Shown piece after piece: positions 39,922 to 48,618 of a stretch of DNA of 64,000 bases. Made by a program: the position numbers and the translations under genes. The stretch spans positions 130,548 to 194,547 of the forward strand of contig JAFDYN010000002.1 of NCBI GenBank assembly GCA_018267385.1, read 5' to 3'. The DNA comes from Bacteroidota bacterium (GTDB taxonomy: Bacteria; Bacteroidota; Bacteroidia; Chitinophagales; LD1). Position 1 is the first letter of the stretch. The number at the start of each line of letters is the position of its first letter. The notes under the pieces are model-generated. The model was not told where the DNA came from, made no database searches, and saw nothing but the letters and a program-made list of their open reading frames with translations.

Positions 39922-41481
39922 ATGGCTAAAACTACCATCCTCTGGGCTGACGACGAGATAGACCTGCTCAAACCACAAATACTTTTCCTCAAAGACAAAG
40001 GCTACGATGTGATCACCGTGACCAACGGCAAAGATGCCATAGACGGTGTGCAGAAAAACCCAGTAGATGTCGTCTTCCTGGATGAGTCTATGCCCGGCCT
40101 CAGCGGCCTGCAGACACTCACAGAGATAAAGGGGTACAACAGCCAGCTACCAGTGGTGATGATCACTAAGAATGAAGAAGAAAATCTGATGGAAGATGCC
40201 ATCGGCTCTCAGATAGCAGACTACCTGATCAAACCTGTGAAACCGCAGCAGATACTCTCGACGCTTAAAAAGATCATCAATAAAACGGAGCTGGTGAGCG
40301 AGAAAACCGTCTCCGACTACAGGAGCAAATTCCAGCAGCTTTTCACCCGCATACAGGACAACCTCAGCTACCAGGAGTGGGCCGAACTTTACAAGGACCT
40401 TATATATTGGGAGATCGAGCTGGATCGCTCCAAGACCGTAGAGATGCAGGATGTCTTTGAGATGCAGAAAAGCGAGGCCAATACGGAGTTCAATAAATTT
40501 GTGATCAAGAACTACAAGAACTGGATCAAAGGCGAGGCGGGCAAAGATGCACCGATCATGTCTCATACCCTGCTGAAGAGCAAAGTATTTGACCTGATCA
40601 AGCAGCCCAAGCCTACCTTTGTGATACTGATAGACAATCTCCGCTTTGACCAGTGGAGGTCTATACAGCAGCTCATCACGCCTTTCTTTCGTGTGGACGA
40701 GGAGGACACTTTCTATGCTATCCTCCCTACCGCCACTCAGTACAGCCGCAATGCGATCTTCAGCGGTATGATGCCGGCTGATATTCAGAAGAACTTTCCC
40801 GGCAAATGGCTGAATGATGATGATGAGGGCGGCAAGAATATGCATGAAGGTGAGTTTCTCGATGCACTGATCAAGAAGACCTTTCGCGAGCCGATCAAGA
40901 CGCAATACACCAAGATCACTAACCACCGCGATGGCCTGCTGCTGGAGGAGAATATCCTAAACTATCTCAATAACCGCCTGAATGTGATAGTCTATAACTT
41001 TGTGGATATGCTCTCTCATGCCCGTACAGAGATGGAGGTGCTGAAGGAACTGGCCAATGACGAAGCGGCCTATCGTTCACTTTCGGTGTCCTGGTTTGAG
41101 CACTCGCCGCTCTTTAATGCATTGAAGAAACTAGCTGGCAAAGACATCAACCTCGTGATCACCACAGATCATGGGACCGTGAATGTGAAAGACCCATCAA
41201 AGTGTATAGGTGACCGCCAGACCACTACCAATATCCGCTACAAGACTGGCCGCAATCTACAGTACGAGGAGAAAGATGTCTTCGCGGTACGCAATCCGGA
41301 GGAGATCATGCTGCCTAAATCTAACCTGACCTCTACGTACATCTTTGCCAAGACAGACAAATACCTGGTCTATCCCAATAACTACAATCACTTCGTATCA
41401 TACTTCAAGAATACCTTCCAGCATGGTGGTATCTCCCTGGAGGAGATGATCGTGCCGATAGTAAAGCTGAGCAGCAGGTAA
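39922..41481 (+). CDS. porX: T9SS-associated response regulator with a PglZ/alkaline-phosphatase-like output domain (PorX family)
   Basis: Receiver domain (ILWADDE...DVVFLDESMPGLSG...MITK) fused to a PglZ-like domain of about 380 aa. The length of 519 aa matches PorX. Confidence 0.85.
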   Translation: MAKTTILWADDEIDLLKPQILFLKDKGYDVITVTNGKDAIDGVQKNPVDVVFLDESMPGLSGLQTLTEIKGYNSQLPVVMITKNEEENLMEDAIGSQIADYLIKPVKPQQILSTLKKIINKTELVSEKTVSDYRSKFQQLFTRIQDNLSYQEWAELYKDLIYWEIELDRSKTVEMQDVFEMQKSEANTEFNKFVIKNYKNWIKGEAGKDAPIMSHTLLKSKVFDLIKQPKPTFVILIDNLRFDQWRSIQQLITPFFRVDEEDTFYAILPTATQYSRNAIFSGMMPADIQKNFPGKWLNDDDEGGKNMHEGEFLDALIKKTFREPIKTQYTKITNHRDGLLLEENILNYLNNRLNVIVYNFVDMLSHARTEMEVLKELANDEAAYRSLSVSWFEHSPLFNALKKLAGKDINLVITTDHGTVNVKDPSKCIGDRQTTTNIRYKTGRNLQYEEKDVFAVRNPEEIMLPKSNLTSTYIFAKTDKYLVYPNNYNHFVSYFKNTFQHGGISLEEMIVPIVKLSSR

Positions 41482-41506
41482 AATAGTAGATTATCGTATC
41501 TTCACG

Positions 41507-41555
41507 CTACCAGCGGGAGTAGCTCAGGGGTAGAGCGTCAGTTTCCCAAACTGAA
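41507..41555 (+). repeat. attL direct repeat (CTACCA + tRNA-Gly nt 1-43)
   Basis: Identical to 46304..46352 by direct reading. Confidence 0.8.
41513..41555 (+). pseudogene. truncated tRNA-Gly(CCC) fragment (acceptor 5' arm through the anticodon stem-loop; no T arm or 3' acceptor)
   Basis: GCGGGAGTAGCTCAGGGGTAGAGCGTCAGTTTCCCAAACTGAA, then unrelated sequence. Confidence 0.8.
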
Positions 41556-41610
41556 TAAGGCGAACCTTCAAACCATTGATAGCACTACGTTTCAGCATTA
41601 GTCGGCCTGC

Positions 41611-41631
41611 ATTTGCCTGTTTTTTGCCTGC
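41611..41631 (+). repeat. two direct TTTGCCTG(T/C) motifs (candidate integrase arm-type sites, left end)
   Basis: ATTTGCCTGT and TTTTGCCTGC. The same motif recurs three times at the right end. Confidence 0.45.
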
Positions 41632-42303
41632 TTGGTAGTTAGAAAATTTGTTTACGTCTATTGTGTCAGGCGAATCTAAAAGATAGCCTGCTAAGTGATA
41701 ATAAAGGGAGCAAAGTATCTCATCTGCTCCCTTAGACCGCACCAGTCGGCAGGCTATTCCTGTAGGGTTGCTCTCCAGCATTGCCCTATTCCGCTTTACC
41801 TGCTGTCAGGTGTTAAGCTCCTGCACTATGTGATACCCACCACGAGTTATGCCTTTAAAAAACTCATGTATTTTATATTATGCAAAATACGCTATAAGAT
41901 AGATCTCATCCTGCACTTTGACGTTTCATCAAAACACCTCGGTTTATATATCCTTGGGGCAAGGTTTTGGCTGGGATATACAAAAGAGGCTGCCCGTTCA
42001 AGGTGACAGCCTCTGCTCCTGCTTCTTCAACAGCTTTATCTTCTTTTACGAGCCAAAACCTAGTTCAAAAAGCATGGGAAGAATCGTATAAGGCTCGAAT
42101 GGTGGATGTACACAGAGCACTGACCGAACCATTAATGCTAATGACTCATTCAAAGGGGTCTTTATGATCGCTTTTCATCTGGGGGTCAATCGAGTGGGGG
42201 GGGGGTATACCAAAAACTAAATACAACCCGGGGGTCTCTGTAATAGGAGTTGAAGGAAACAGATACCTCTACAAATATAGGGTGCCTAATTTTGCAGAAT
42301 CGG

Positions 42304-42816
42304 CTAAAGACTCTTTGCCCAGTGAATCATACTTGCCTGTTGTCTTTTTTTCCACCTTGTGAGATAGTCATCATAGCTTTTTGCATCCTGAATTTCTTTC
42401 CTGTGATAAGATCGAGATAGTCTGACACTATGTTTGTAATCCCAATAGTTTACAATGGTCATCAGTAGTCCAATTATCGTTAGTATACCGCAGATGAACC
42501 AAACAATTATGCCTACTGCCATAGCTTGGGCAATAGGTGGGAGTAATATCATCAATAACTCCACAAGACCGAAGCTCACGAACAATGCTACCAATACAAA
42601 GAGAAATACGAGAAGTTCTTTCAAAAATGATTTGAAGTTTATAGAGCGATCAGGCACCACTGTATTATACATGTCCGGCTTTGATTGTAGATAGTTGAAC
42701 TGTTGAATGCTGAGCGGCTTACTATCCTCAACATACATGAATTTCTTATAAAATAGATGTGCCTTACCTGCGTAAATCATGGGTCTAAGATATAAAGTTA
42801 ATTGCGAATAGGTCAT
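42304..42816 (-). CDS. small membrane protein, function unknown (island cargo)
   Basis: 170 aa with two long hydrophobic segments (LLVFLFVLVALFVSFGLVELLMILL and AMAVGIIVWFICGILTIIGLLMTIV). It is divergent from the XRE regulator. Confidence 0.55.
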   Translation of the reverse strand: MTYSQLTLYLRPMIYAGKAHLFYKKFMYVEDSKPLSIQQFNYLQSKPDMYNTVVPDRSINFKSFLKELLVFLFVLVALFVSFGLVELLMILLPPIAQAMAVGIIVWFICGILTIIGLLMTIVNYWDYKHSVRLSRSYHRKEIQDAKSYDDYLTRWKKRQQASMIHWAKSL

Positions 42817-42843
42817 ATATGACCTAATAAAATTTTGTATACA
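42811..42843. promoter_or_regulatory. two palindromes in the divergent XRE/membrane-protein control region
   Basis: GGTCATATATGACC (42811..42824) overlaps the ATG of the membrane-protein ORF. TGTATACA is at 42836..42843. Confidence 0.45.
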
Positions 42844-42859
42844 GTTGTCTATTCACTAG

Positions 42860-43147
42860 GTGAAATCAAAAATTGATATACCTAGCAAAAAAAGAGGCAA
42901 GTCTTATAGGGATGAGGCCGGTATAAAAATGTTTGGTAGCCGGATGCGTGAGATAAGGAAGTCCCTAAACATAACTCAGGAAGAATTGGTCAGGCGCAGC
43001 GGATTTGATTTAAGGCAGATTGGCCGCATCGAGCGTGGTGAAGTGAGTACTAATCTGAGCCATGTTTTTAAAATAGCCGAGTGTCTTGGCATTTCGGTAC
43101 AGGAATTATTCACTTTCCCACCTGCAGATATCAAAAAAAGAAAATAG
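42860..43147 (+). CDS. XRE-family helix-turn-helix transcriptional regulator
   Basis: IRKSLNITQEELVRRSGFDLRQIGRIERGEVSTNLSHVFKIAECLGISVQELF. The listed start is GTG, and the ATG at 42929 is an alternative. Confidence 0.8.
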   Translation: MKSKIDIPSKKRGKSYRDEAGIKMFGSRMREIRKSLNITQEELVRRSGFDLRQIGRIERGEVSTNLSHVFKIAECLGISVQELFTFPPADIKKRK

Positions 43148-43299
43148 TATCAGTTAAATCACAGAAAAACGTGTTTTGAATGACCTTTGGGTTGTCTACT
43201 GATAAAAACTTATTTTTGTACTATCGCAGCAACCATCTATGCTGTGATGGACATATTCCCTGAGGATAGCTTTATTCATCTGAACACCGCACCTCCGAG

Positions 43300-43379
43300 A
43301 AAGTCACCTATCTCCGGTATCCCATACTGTTGAGAGATAGTAGGTGACTTTGTATTTTATAATTTTTAAAATACAAAGT
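43300..43379. promoter_or_regulatory. nested inverted repeats immediately upstream of the ATPase gene (operator or origin-like)
   Basis: AAAGTCACCTATCTC (43300..43314) pairs with GAGATAGTAGGTGACTTT (43334..43351). A perfect 13-bp inverted repeat, ACTTTGTATTTTA (43347..43359) and TAAAATACAAAGT (43367..43379), ends 1 nt before the ATG. Confidence 0.5.
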
Positions 43380-43380
43380 T

Positions 43381-44433
43381 ATGTTCAAAAATCAACAAGA
43401 ACAGACAGATTCGGTAGGTGGTACCAACTATACCGTATCACTCAGAGAAATGATGGAGAGGGTAAAGACTGAGCCTCCCCAAAAAATGATATACTCAGGT
43501 ATCAAAGAAAATTCAGTTGGGTTTATATTTGGACCCAGTAAATCCGGCAAGACTACATTTTGTGAAAACCTAGCGCTGAGCATCGCATCGGGGCAGTTTG
43601 AATATCTTGGCAAGCCAATCAATTCGACAAACAGAAAAGTACTTTTTCTATCCCTCGAAGAATTTTACTCAGGCAGAACAAATAGAAATATAAAACAAGT
43701 AGAGGCAATCACAACACATGTCTCGGGTGATACGTGGATAGACAATTATATAGTCGCCACAAATAATATCCCACGTTACGTCACAGAAAAAGAGGATTGG
43801 AAGATCATTAGCAATGAAATAAAGAAGCATGCCCCTGGGCTTGTGATAATAGACTCTGCCAGCCGATTGCATAATGGCCCCATAGAGGACAGTACAGAGG
43901 CGAAATTACTAATGAAGCAACTCAGAGAATTGGCATTGGACGTGTCTACCACCATCATTGTGATTCACCATACGCCCAAACTATACAATATGCCTTTGTC
44001 TATTTATGCACTGGCGGGTAGTAGAATACTCGCACAGGAAGCAGATTTTATGATAGGCATAAACAAAACACTGGATGGCAAAATCTATCTGAAGGAAGTA
44101 GCATTCAGATATGCGCCTGAGGATTGTGAAACAGTATCCCTCTTACAGATGGACGACCATCAATGGTTTAGTGTAATTGGCAAAGCAGATGAAGCTTCGC
44201 TGCTTTCAGCTTTTGATGGGCGCAAAGATGAGCATAACAAGGCTGCTATCTTCGAATATATTCAAGAGCGTAATGCTAATGGCGGGGCAGTTGTCACCAC
44301 CGAGGAACTCTTTACTCTATTTGTTGAATCAAAGGTATGTAGCAAGGATACACTTCACAAGGCATTAAATTCTCTTGTGGCAGAAAAGAAAATTCAAAAG
44401 CCACAGAAAGGTCACTACAAAATGCCTGCCTAA
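43381..44433 (+). CDS. RecA/AAA-type (AAA_25/RepA-like) ATPase with a C-terminal winged-helix-like tail
   Basis: Walker A GPSKSGKTT, Walker B LVIIDSASRL, and the C-terminal LNSLVAEKKIQKPQKGHYKM. Confidence 0.7.
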   Translation: MFKNQQEQTDSVGGTNYTVSLREMMERVKTEPPQKMIYSGIKENSVGFIFGPSKSGKTTFCENLALSIASGQFEYLGKPINSTNRKVLFLSLEEFYSGRTNRNIKQVEAITTHVSGDTWIDNYIVATNNIPRYVTEKEDWKIISNEIKKHAPGLVIIDSASRLHNGPIEDSTEAKLLMKQLRELALDVSTTIIVIHHTPKLYNMPLSIYALAGSRILAQEADFMIGINKTLDGKIYLKEVAFRYAPEDCETVSLLQMDDHQWFSVIGKADEASLLSAFDGRKDEHNKAAIFEYIQERNANGGAVVTTEELFTLFVESKVCSKDTLHKALNSLVAEKKIQKPQKGHYKMPA

Positions 44434-44552
44434 TTATCCTGACTATCCATACTACCCTGACTCAAGACGTACTTTATCAAAGTTAGTCAGCATAGTCAGG
44501 GTAGTCGGGATAGTTTAGAACGTATTTATTACTTTAGTAAAAAAATACAACT

Positions 44553-44993
44553 ATGAATGAAACAGAAAAGAAGGAGAAACTGAGTACATCTCAGGAAATA
44601 GTACCGGCAGATTGGTTTTTGAGCCTCTTTGTTAATCTCGCCAATAAAACTGGATTGGGATTTGATATTACTATAGTAACGCAGGGATATTTAGTATGTG
44701 GCAAATTGATCAGCGGGAAACAGTATTTCGAAGAAACCTCTGCTATGTTCAAAGATAATCCATCAGAGATTGCAGAGACTTTAGCAACTTCGATTGAATC
44801 GTATGGCGATAAAATTTATGGTGAGGGGGGGGATAAGCCAGTCCCCCCTCCATCATACATACATCTTAAAGAAGCTCGTTTTTTTAACGGCCAGAGTAAA
44901 CCGCTTCCAGCCAATCGTGGTGTTCTGTGGAGAGGCAGACTTTCAGAAGTTAGTGGCTTCTTTATTGGTATATTAAATAGCGAGACTACTTAG
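44553..44993 (+). CDS. small hypothetical protein, GvpU-like by recalled motif pattern
   Basis: FVNLANKTGLGFDITIV.QGYLVCGKLISGKQYF ... IHLKEARFF ... LWRGRLSEVSGFFIG resembles my recollection of gas-vesicle accessory GvpU-family proteins. This is unverified. Confidence 0.45.
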   Translation: MNETEKKEKLSTSQEIVPADWFLSLFVNLANKTGLGFDITIVTQGYLVCGKLISGKQYFEETSAMFKDNPSEIAETLATSIESYGDKIYGEGGDKPVPPPSYIHLKEARFFNGQSKPLPANRGVLWRGRLSEVSGFFIGILNSETT

Positions 44994-46189
44994 ATCTTAC
45001 TCACGGATAATATCATCTCGTCTATCACCTCCTGATCAAATGTATCAAGATAGATACCTGTGACTTTATTACCGAACTCATGTCCCAATGCCTCAGCTAT
45101 GAGGTCTTTGCTGTAACCCATACGCTTGGCTATGGTCGCTGCGCTATGACGTGACACGTAGGTGGTCAGATGACCGATGTTAAGTGCTGTGCCTATCTGC
45201 TTGAGATATTTATTGACAGTTTTGGTAGCCTGCTGTATATGCCTACGCTCCAGCTCTGGGTCGCCTGCTGAACTCTCCGGCACTACAGGTAATATGTATG
45301 TACGCTCAGGGCTGTAATAGTACTGTATTAGCTCCCACGCAGTAGATGTGAGCTTGATATTATACAGCTTATGGGTTTTCTTCCGCCTATACGAGATACG
45401 TCCCTTGATTATATCAGTATATTTGAGAGTAGCCAAATCTACAAATGATGCCCCAAAGAGATTGAATGATAGCATGAAGAAATTACGAGCATGCCACGCG
45501 GGGCTATCTCGTTCTATGTCCATAGCAACTATGGCCTTTATGTCCTCCTTACTTATATTTCTTTTGGCAGTGGCCTCCATCTTGATTCTGTAGCTCTCAT
45601 AGGGATAGTTTGCGCGGTCTATAAGCTTCTCTTTGATGGCCCTGTTGTATATAGCCCTAATAGTGCGCATGTACATGGCTATCCCATTTACAGTCAGACC
45701 ACCTGCGAGCATCTTGCTTTCCAACTTCTGTAGAAATTCATAGCTGACCTCGCTGAATTGTATAGTCTGCCTGCCAGTGTATGTTTTGAGTGCACTGATA
45801 GCTGACTGGTAAAATAGGGCATTCCCATACTTTTTACTCTCCCTCAGATCAAGTACGATCTTCTGTGCAAACTGAATGACATCCATCTTCACTACAGGTT
45901 TGACCACAGTAGTCTTTATCTTGCCTGCGGTGGCCTGCTCTTCTGCCAACTCAATCTTTAGTGCTGTGCCTTGTAACTGTACCAGCGTCTGGGTGATTTT
46001 TTGATTGATCTCTTTCTTGTTTGGGTGCTTTACGACCCTCTGTGTGGCTTCATCAAACTCCTCTTTGCATACAGAGGTTTTTAAATTGATGTCCCGCCTG
46101 CTGCTGCCACTATGGATTCTGATAATAAGCGGATAGGTGCCATCTTTTAGCTGTCTGCGTGTGTCCAGCTTTACCTTGAACTTTGCCAT
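44990..46189 (-). CDS. tyrosine-type site-specific integrase (Bacteroidota arm-binding-domain type)
   Basis: 399 aa. The N terminus (KFKVKLDTRRQLKDGTYPLIIRI) is arm-domain-like. The C-terminal catalytic region is SRHSAAT...LGHEFGNKVTGIYL. Confidence 0.9.
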   Translation of the reverse strand: MAKFKVKLDTRRQLKDGTYPLIIRIHSGSSRRDINLKTSVCKEEFDEATQRVVKHPNKKEINQKITQTLVQLQGTALKIELAEEQATAGKIKTTVVKPVVKMDVIQFAQKIVLDLRESKKYGNALFYQSAISALKTYTGRQTIQFSEVSYEFLQKLESKMLAGGLTVNGIAMYMRTIRAIYNRAIKEKLIDRANYPYESYRIKMEATAKRNISKEDIKAIVAMDIERDSPAWHARNFFMLSFNLFGASFVDLATLKYTDIIKGRISYRRKKTHKLYNIKLTSTAWELIQYYYSPERTYILPVVPESSAGDPELERRHIQQATKTVNKYLKQIGTALNIGHLTTYVSRHSAATIAKRMGYSKDLIAEALGHEFGNKVTGIYLDTFDQEVIDEMILSVSKI

Positions 46190-46221
46190 TGGATTATGGG
46201 GGTTAATCCAAACGGGCTAAA

Positions 46222-46286
46222 ATTTGCCTGCTATTTGCCTGTCTATAGGCCGAACTATGCTAATCTATGTTTTGGGGATTGCCTGT
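46222..46286 (+). repeat. three direct (A/G)(T)TTGCCTG(C/T) motifs (candidate arm-type sites, right end)
   Basis: ATTTGCCTGC at 46222, ATTTGCCTGT at 46233 and GATTGCCTGT at 46277. Confidence 0.45.
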
Positions 46287-46303
46287 GTTTCCTTAGTTTC
46301 ACC

Positions 46304-46352
46304 CTACCAGCGGGAGTAGCTCAGGGGTAGAGCGTCAGTTTCCCAAACTGAA
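46304..46352 (+). repeat. attR direct repeat
   Basis: Identical to 41507..41555. Confidence 0.8.
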
Positions 46353-46381
46353 GGCCGCGGGTTCGAGACCCGTTTCCCGCT
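46310..46381 (+). tRNA. tRNA-Gly (anticodon CCC)
   Basis: Hand-folded cloverleaf: acceptor GCGGGAG/TTCCCGC, D arm GCTC-AGGGGTA-GAGC, anticodon arm TCAGT-TTCCCAA-ACTGA, variable loop AGGCC, T arm GCGGG-TTCGAGA-CCCGT, discriminator T. No CCA is encoded. Confidence 0.9.
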
Positions 46382-46428
46382 CATATTTTTTTGGCAGCTT
46401 TTCACTGACGGTATTAAACTACTACCTA

Positions 46429-47676
46429 TTGCCTATCCGTATCCACTATCACGATGGCCGGCCACGTGTGACCTGGGATCTGCACCTGGTCATAAATATC
46501 AGGATCATATACCTCATAGGTATTTTGGCATTGCCCTATTTGATCTGGGAGCTATACTGGGCCGGGCATGTAGGCTACGCTTGTATCAAATGGCATACTC
46601 ACCTCGCCATATATTTTTACTTTGGGTTGGCCACCAGTCTGATACTCGAGCTACTGGTAAAGCGTCCCGCGTCCTGGCAACTGGCTGTAGCATCTCTATG
46701 TACCAGTGTCATGCTAGCCGAAGGTGTACTGATGCTGGCAGGTATCGGTACTACCTATAGTGAGCGGATGGGCTATGGCTATAGTTCTATCTATTCTACG
46801 AAAGGGGAGAGCTACTATCGCACACGTGTACCAGGTTCTGTCTTTTGGTTTGACAGGTCTGAGTTTCGACATGAATGGCATGTCAACTCTATGGGCTACT
46901 CTGACCGCGAATGGCCCATAGCCAAAAAGCCCGGCGAAAAACGTATCCTATGCCTGGGCGACTCATGGACGGAGGGTATAGGTGCCCCGCAGGACTCTTC
47001 CTATGTGAGTCAACTGGGAAGGATACTGGCAGCAATAGACAGCAATACCTATGTCATGAATGCCGGCATAGCTGCAGATGACCCGTTTGTAAACTATGTC
47101 AACTACCGTGACCGCCTGATAGCATATCATCCCGATGTCATCATTCAGACACTTTCTGGAAACGATATGACGACAGATATCCTGTCCAAAGGCGGAATGG
47201 AAAGATTTGGTGCCAATGGGGAACTTCATACCGCGGCCGGACCAGCTTGGGAGCCACTCTATGCTTTGAGCTATGTATCGCGACTGGTATTCCACGCCAT
47301 TGGCTACAATGCACTGCTACAAAAGGCACCCACACCGGAAACGATCAAAGAGCTAAACGAGAAGGTGGTAAATCTTTTCAGCGTCTATGCCAGCATGGCC
47401 TCGAGGCAAGGTACTATGCTCATCGTGGTGATCCAGGCTTCAGACCATGACTATGATTTTGGTCCGATCATAACCGGTCTCCGGCAGATACATGGGTTGA
47501 AAGTATGTGATCTTCAGGATTATTATAACGCCGAATTTTCTAAGAGAGGCAGCGATCCTGAGAAATATTACTGGCCCATTGATGGACATCACACACCCCG
47601 TGGCTACCAACTGATGGCGCGCAGCATTTATCATGCTTTGGATTCATTTTACCTCAATCCGACTGCTTCTAAGTAG
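46429..47676 (+). CDS. membrane-anchored SGNH/GDSL-family hydrolase (start uncertain)
   Basis: Block I is ILCLGDSWTEGIG and block V is IDGHHTPRGY. The N terminus is hydrophobic and the listed start is TTG. Confidence 0.7.
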   Translation: MPIRIHYHDGRPRVTWDLHLVINIRIIYLIGILALPYLIWELYWAGHVGYACIKWHTHLAIYFYFGLATSLILELLVKRPASWQLAVASLCTSVMLAEGVLMLAGIGTTYSERMGYGYSSIYSTKGESYYRTRVPGSVFWFDRSEFRHEWHVNSMGYSDREWPIAKKPGEKRILCLGDSWTEGIGAPQDSSYVSQLGRILAAIDSNTYVMNAGIAADDPFVNYVNYRDRLIAYHPDVIIQTLSGNDMTTDILSKGGMERFGANGELHTAAGPAWEPLYALSYVSRLVFHAIGYNALLQKAPTPETIKELNEKVVNLFSVYASMASRQGTMLIVVIQASDHDYDFGPIITGLRQIHGLKVCDLQDYYNAEFSKRGSDPEKYYWPIDGHHTPRGYQLMARSIYHALDSFYLNPTASK

Positions 47677-47694
47677 TCGATACAATACTGTGGC

Positions 47695-48429
47695 TTACAT
47701 CCCCTGCTTCTTGCGAAAGCGGATATTGAGTACCTCTACACCTATGGAGAAAGCCACTGCCACATAGACAAAGGTCTTGTCTACCTCGTGGCCAAAGCCC
47801 TCCATGATCAGCGTGACACCTATCATGATCAGAAAGGATAGTGCCAGCATCTGGATGGTCGGATATTTAGCTACCAGCCGGCCTACCGGCTGGGTAAAGA
47901 GCATCATGATAGCGATAGAAAGCACTACCGCCATGATCATCACTGCCAGCTGGTCGGCTATACCTACCGCAGTCAGTATCGAGTCAAAAGAGAATACGAT
48001 ATTGAGTACCGCTATCTGTATCAGTACAGAGAAGAAAGCTCCGCTCCGCTCACTGCTGCTCACGTGAAACTCATCATCATCTCCTGTCAGTTTGTGGTGT
48101 ATCTCAGAGGTAGATTTGTAGATCAGGAAGACACCACCCGCTATCAGGATGATCCCCTTGCCAGTCAGCTCAAAACCCCAGGAGGCCGGCAGCAGGTTTT
48201 CCTTCAGGCTCAGTATCCACCCCAGGAAGAACAAGAGCACGATACGCAGCACCATGGCCAGCAGCAAGCCGATATTCTGGCCCAGCTTGCGCTTGTCCTC
48301 CGGTAGCTTTTGCGTCACGATAGAGATGAAGATGATATTGTCCACCCCGAGCACGATCTCCAGAAAGGTGAGGGTGAGCAGGCTGACCCAGGCTGAGGTG
48401 TGGGCAAATACGGTGAAGTCGATATTCAT
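47695..48429 (-). CDS. TerC-family integral membrane protein
   Basis: LEIVLGVDNIIFISI and FSFDSILTAVG motifs with multiple TM segments. The start is taken at the internal Met (MNIDFTVF). Confidence 0.85.
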   Translation of the reverse strand: MNIDFTVFAHTSAWVSLLTLTFLEIVLGVDNIIFISIVTQKLPEDKRKLGQNIGLLLAMVLRIVLLFFLGWILSLKENLLPASWGFELTGKGIILIAGGVFLIYKSTSEIHHKLTGDDDEFHVSSSERSGAFFSVLIQIAVLNIVFSFDSILTAVGIADQLAVMIMAVVLSIAIMMLFTQPVGRLVAKYPTIQMLALSFLIMIGVTLIMEGFGHEVDKTFVYVAVAFSIGVEVLNIRFRKKQGM

Positions 48430-48618
48430 AACGGCTAAAAATAGCATTTTAGAAAATATGTAGACGTAGCTGGTCGTCTTATATTGCTGCAATACGGTGA
48501 TTTCCCATGTAAATAAAAACATTAACTAATATGTTCTCTTTTATATGGGATATGCCGAAAATAATCTATGCAAGTGTTTTGATTTAATTACATTTGGTGC
48601 GCTCAAAAAATTTATACC

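Larger units (their letters stand above)
41507..46352. mobile_element. ~4.8 kb integrative element inserted at the 5' half of tRNA-Gly(CCC)
   Basis: A perfect 49-bp direct repeat at both ends (41507..41555 and 46304..46352), a tyrosine integrase next to the intact tRNA, visibly more AT-rich sequence than the flanks, and repeated TTGCCTG(C/T) motifs near both ends. Confidence 0.8.

Noticed and set aside
41524-42167. ORFs 41524..41781(-), 41695..42006(+) and 41967..42167(+) at the left end of the island.
   Set aside because: The first overlaps the tRNA fragment and att repeat. None has a recognisable motif, and their composition looks non-coding. The region is treated as non-coding or decayed.
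48430-48618. Mn-sensing yybP-ykoY riboswitch upstream of the TerC-family gene.
   Set aside because: I could not find the conserved GGGGAGUAG-type core or a four-way junction in the 190-nt leader, which is AT-rich and unstructured by eye. An Infernal scan would settle it.
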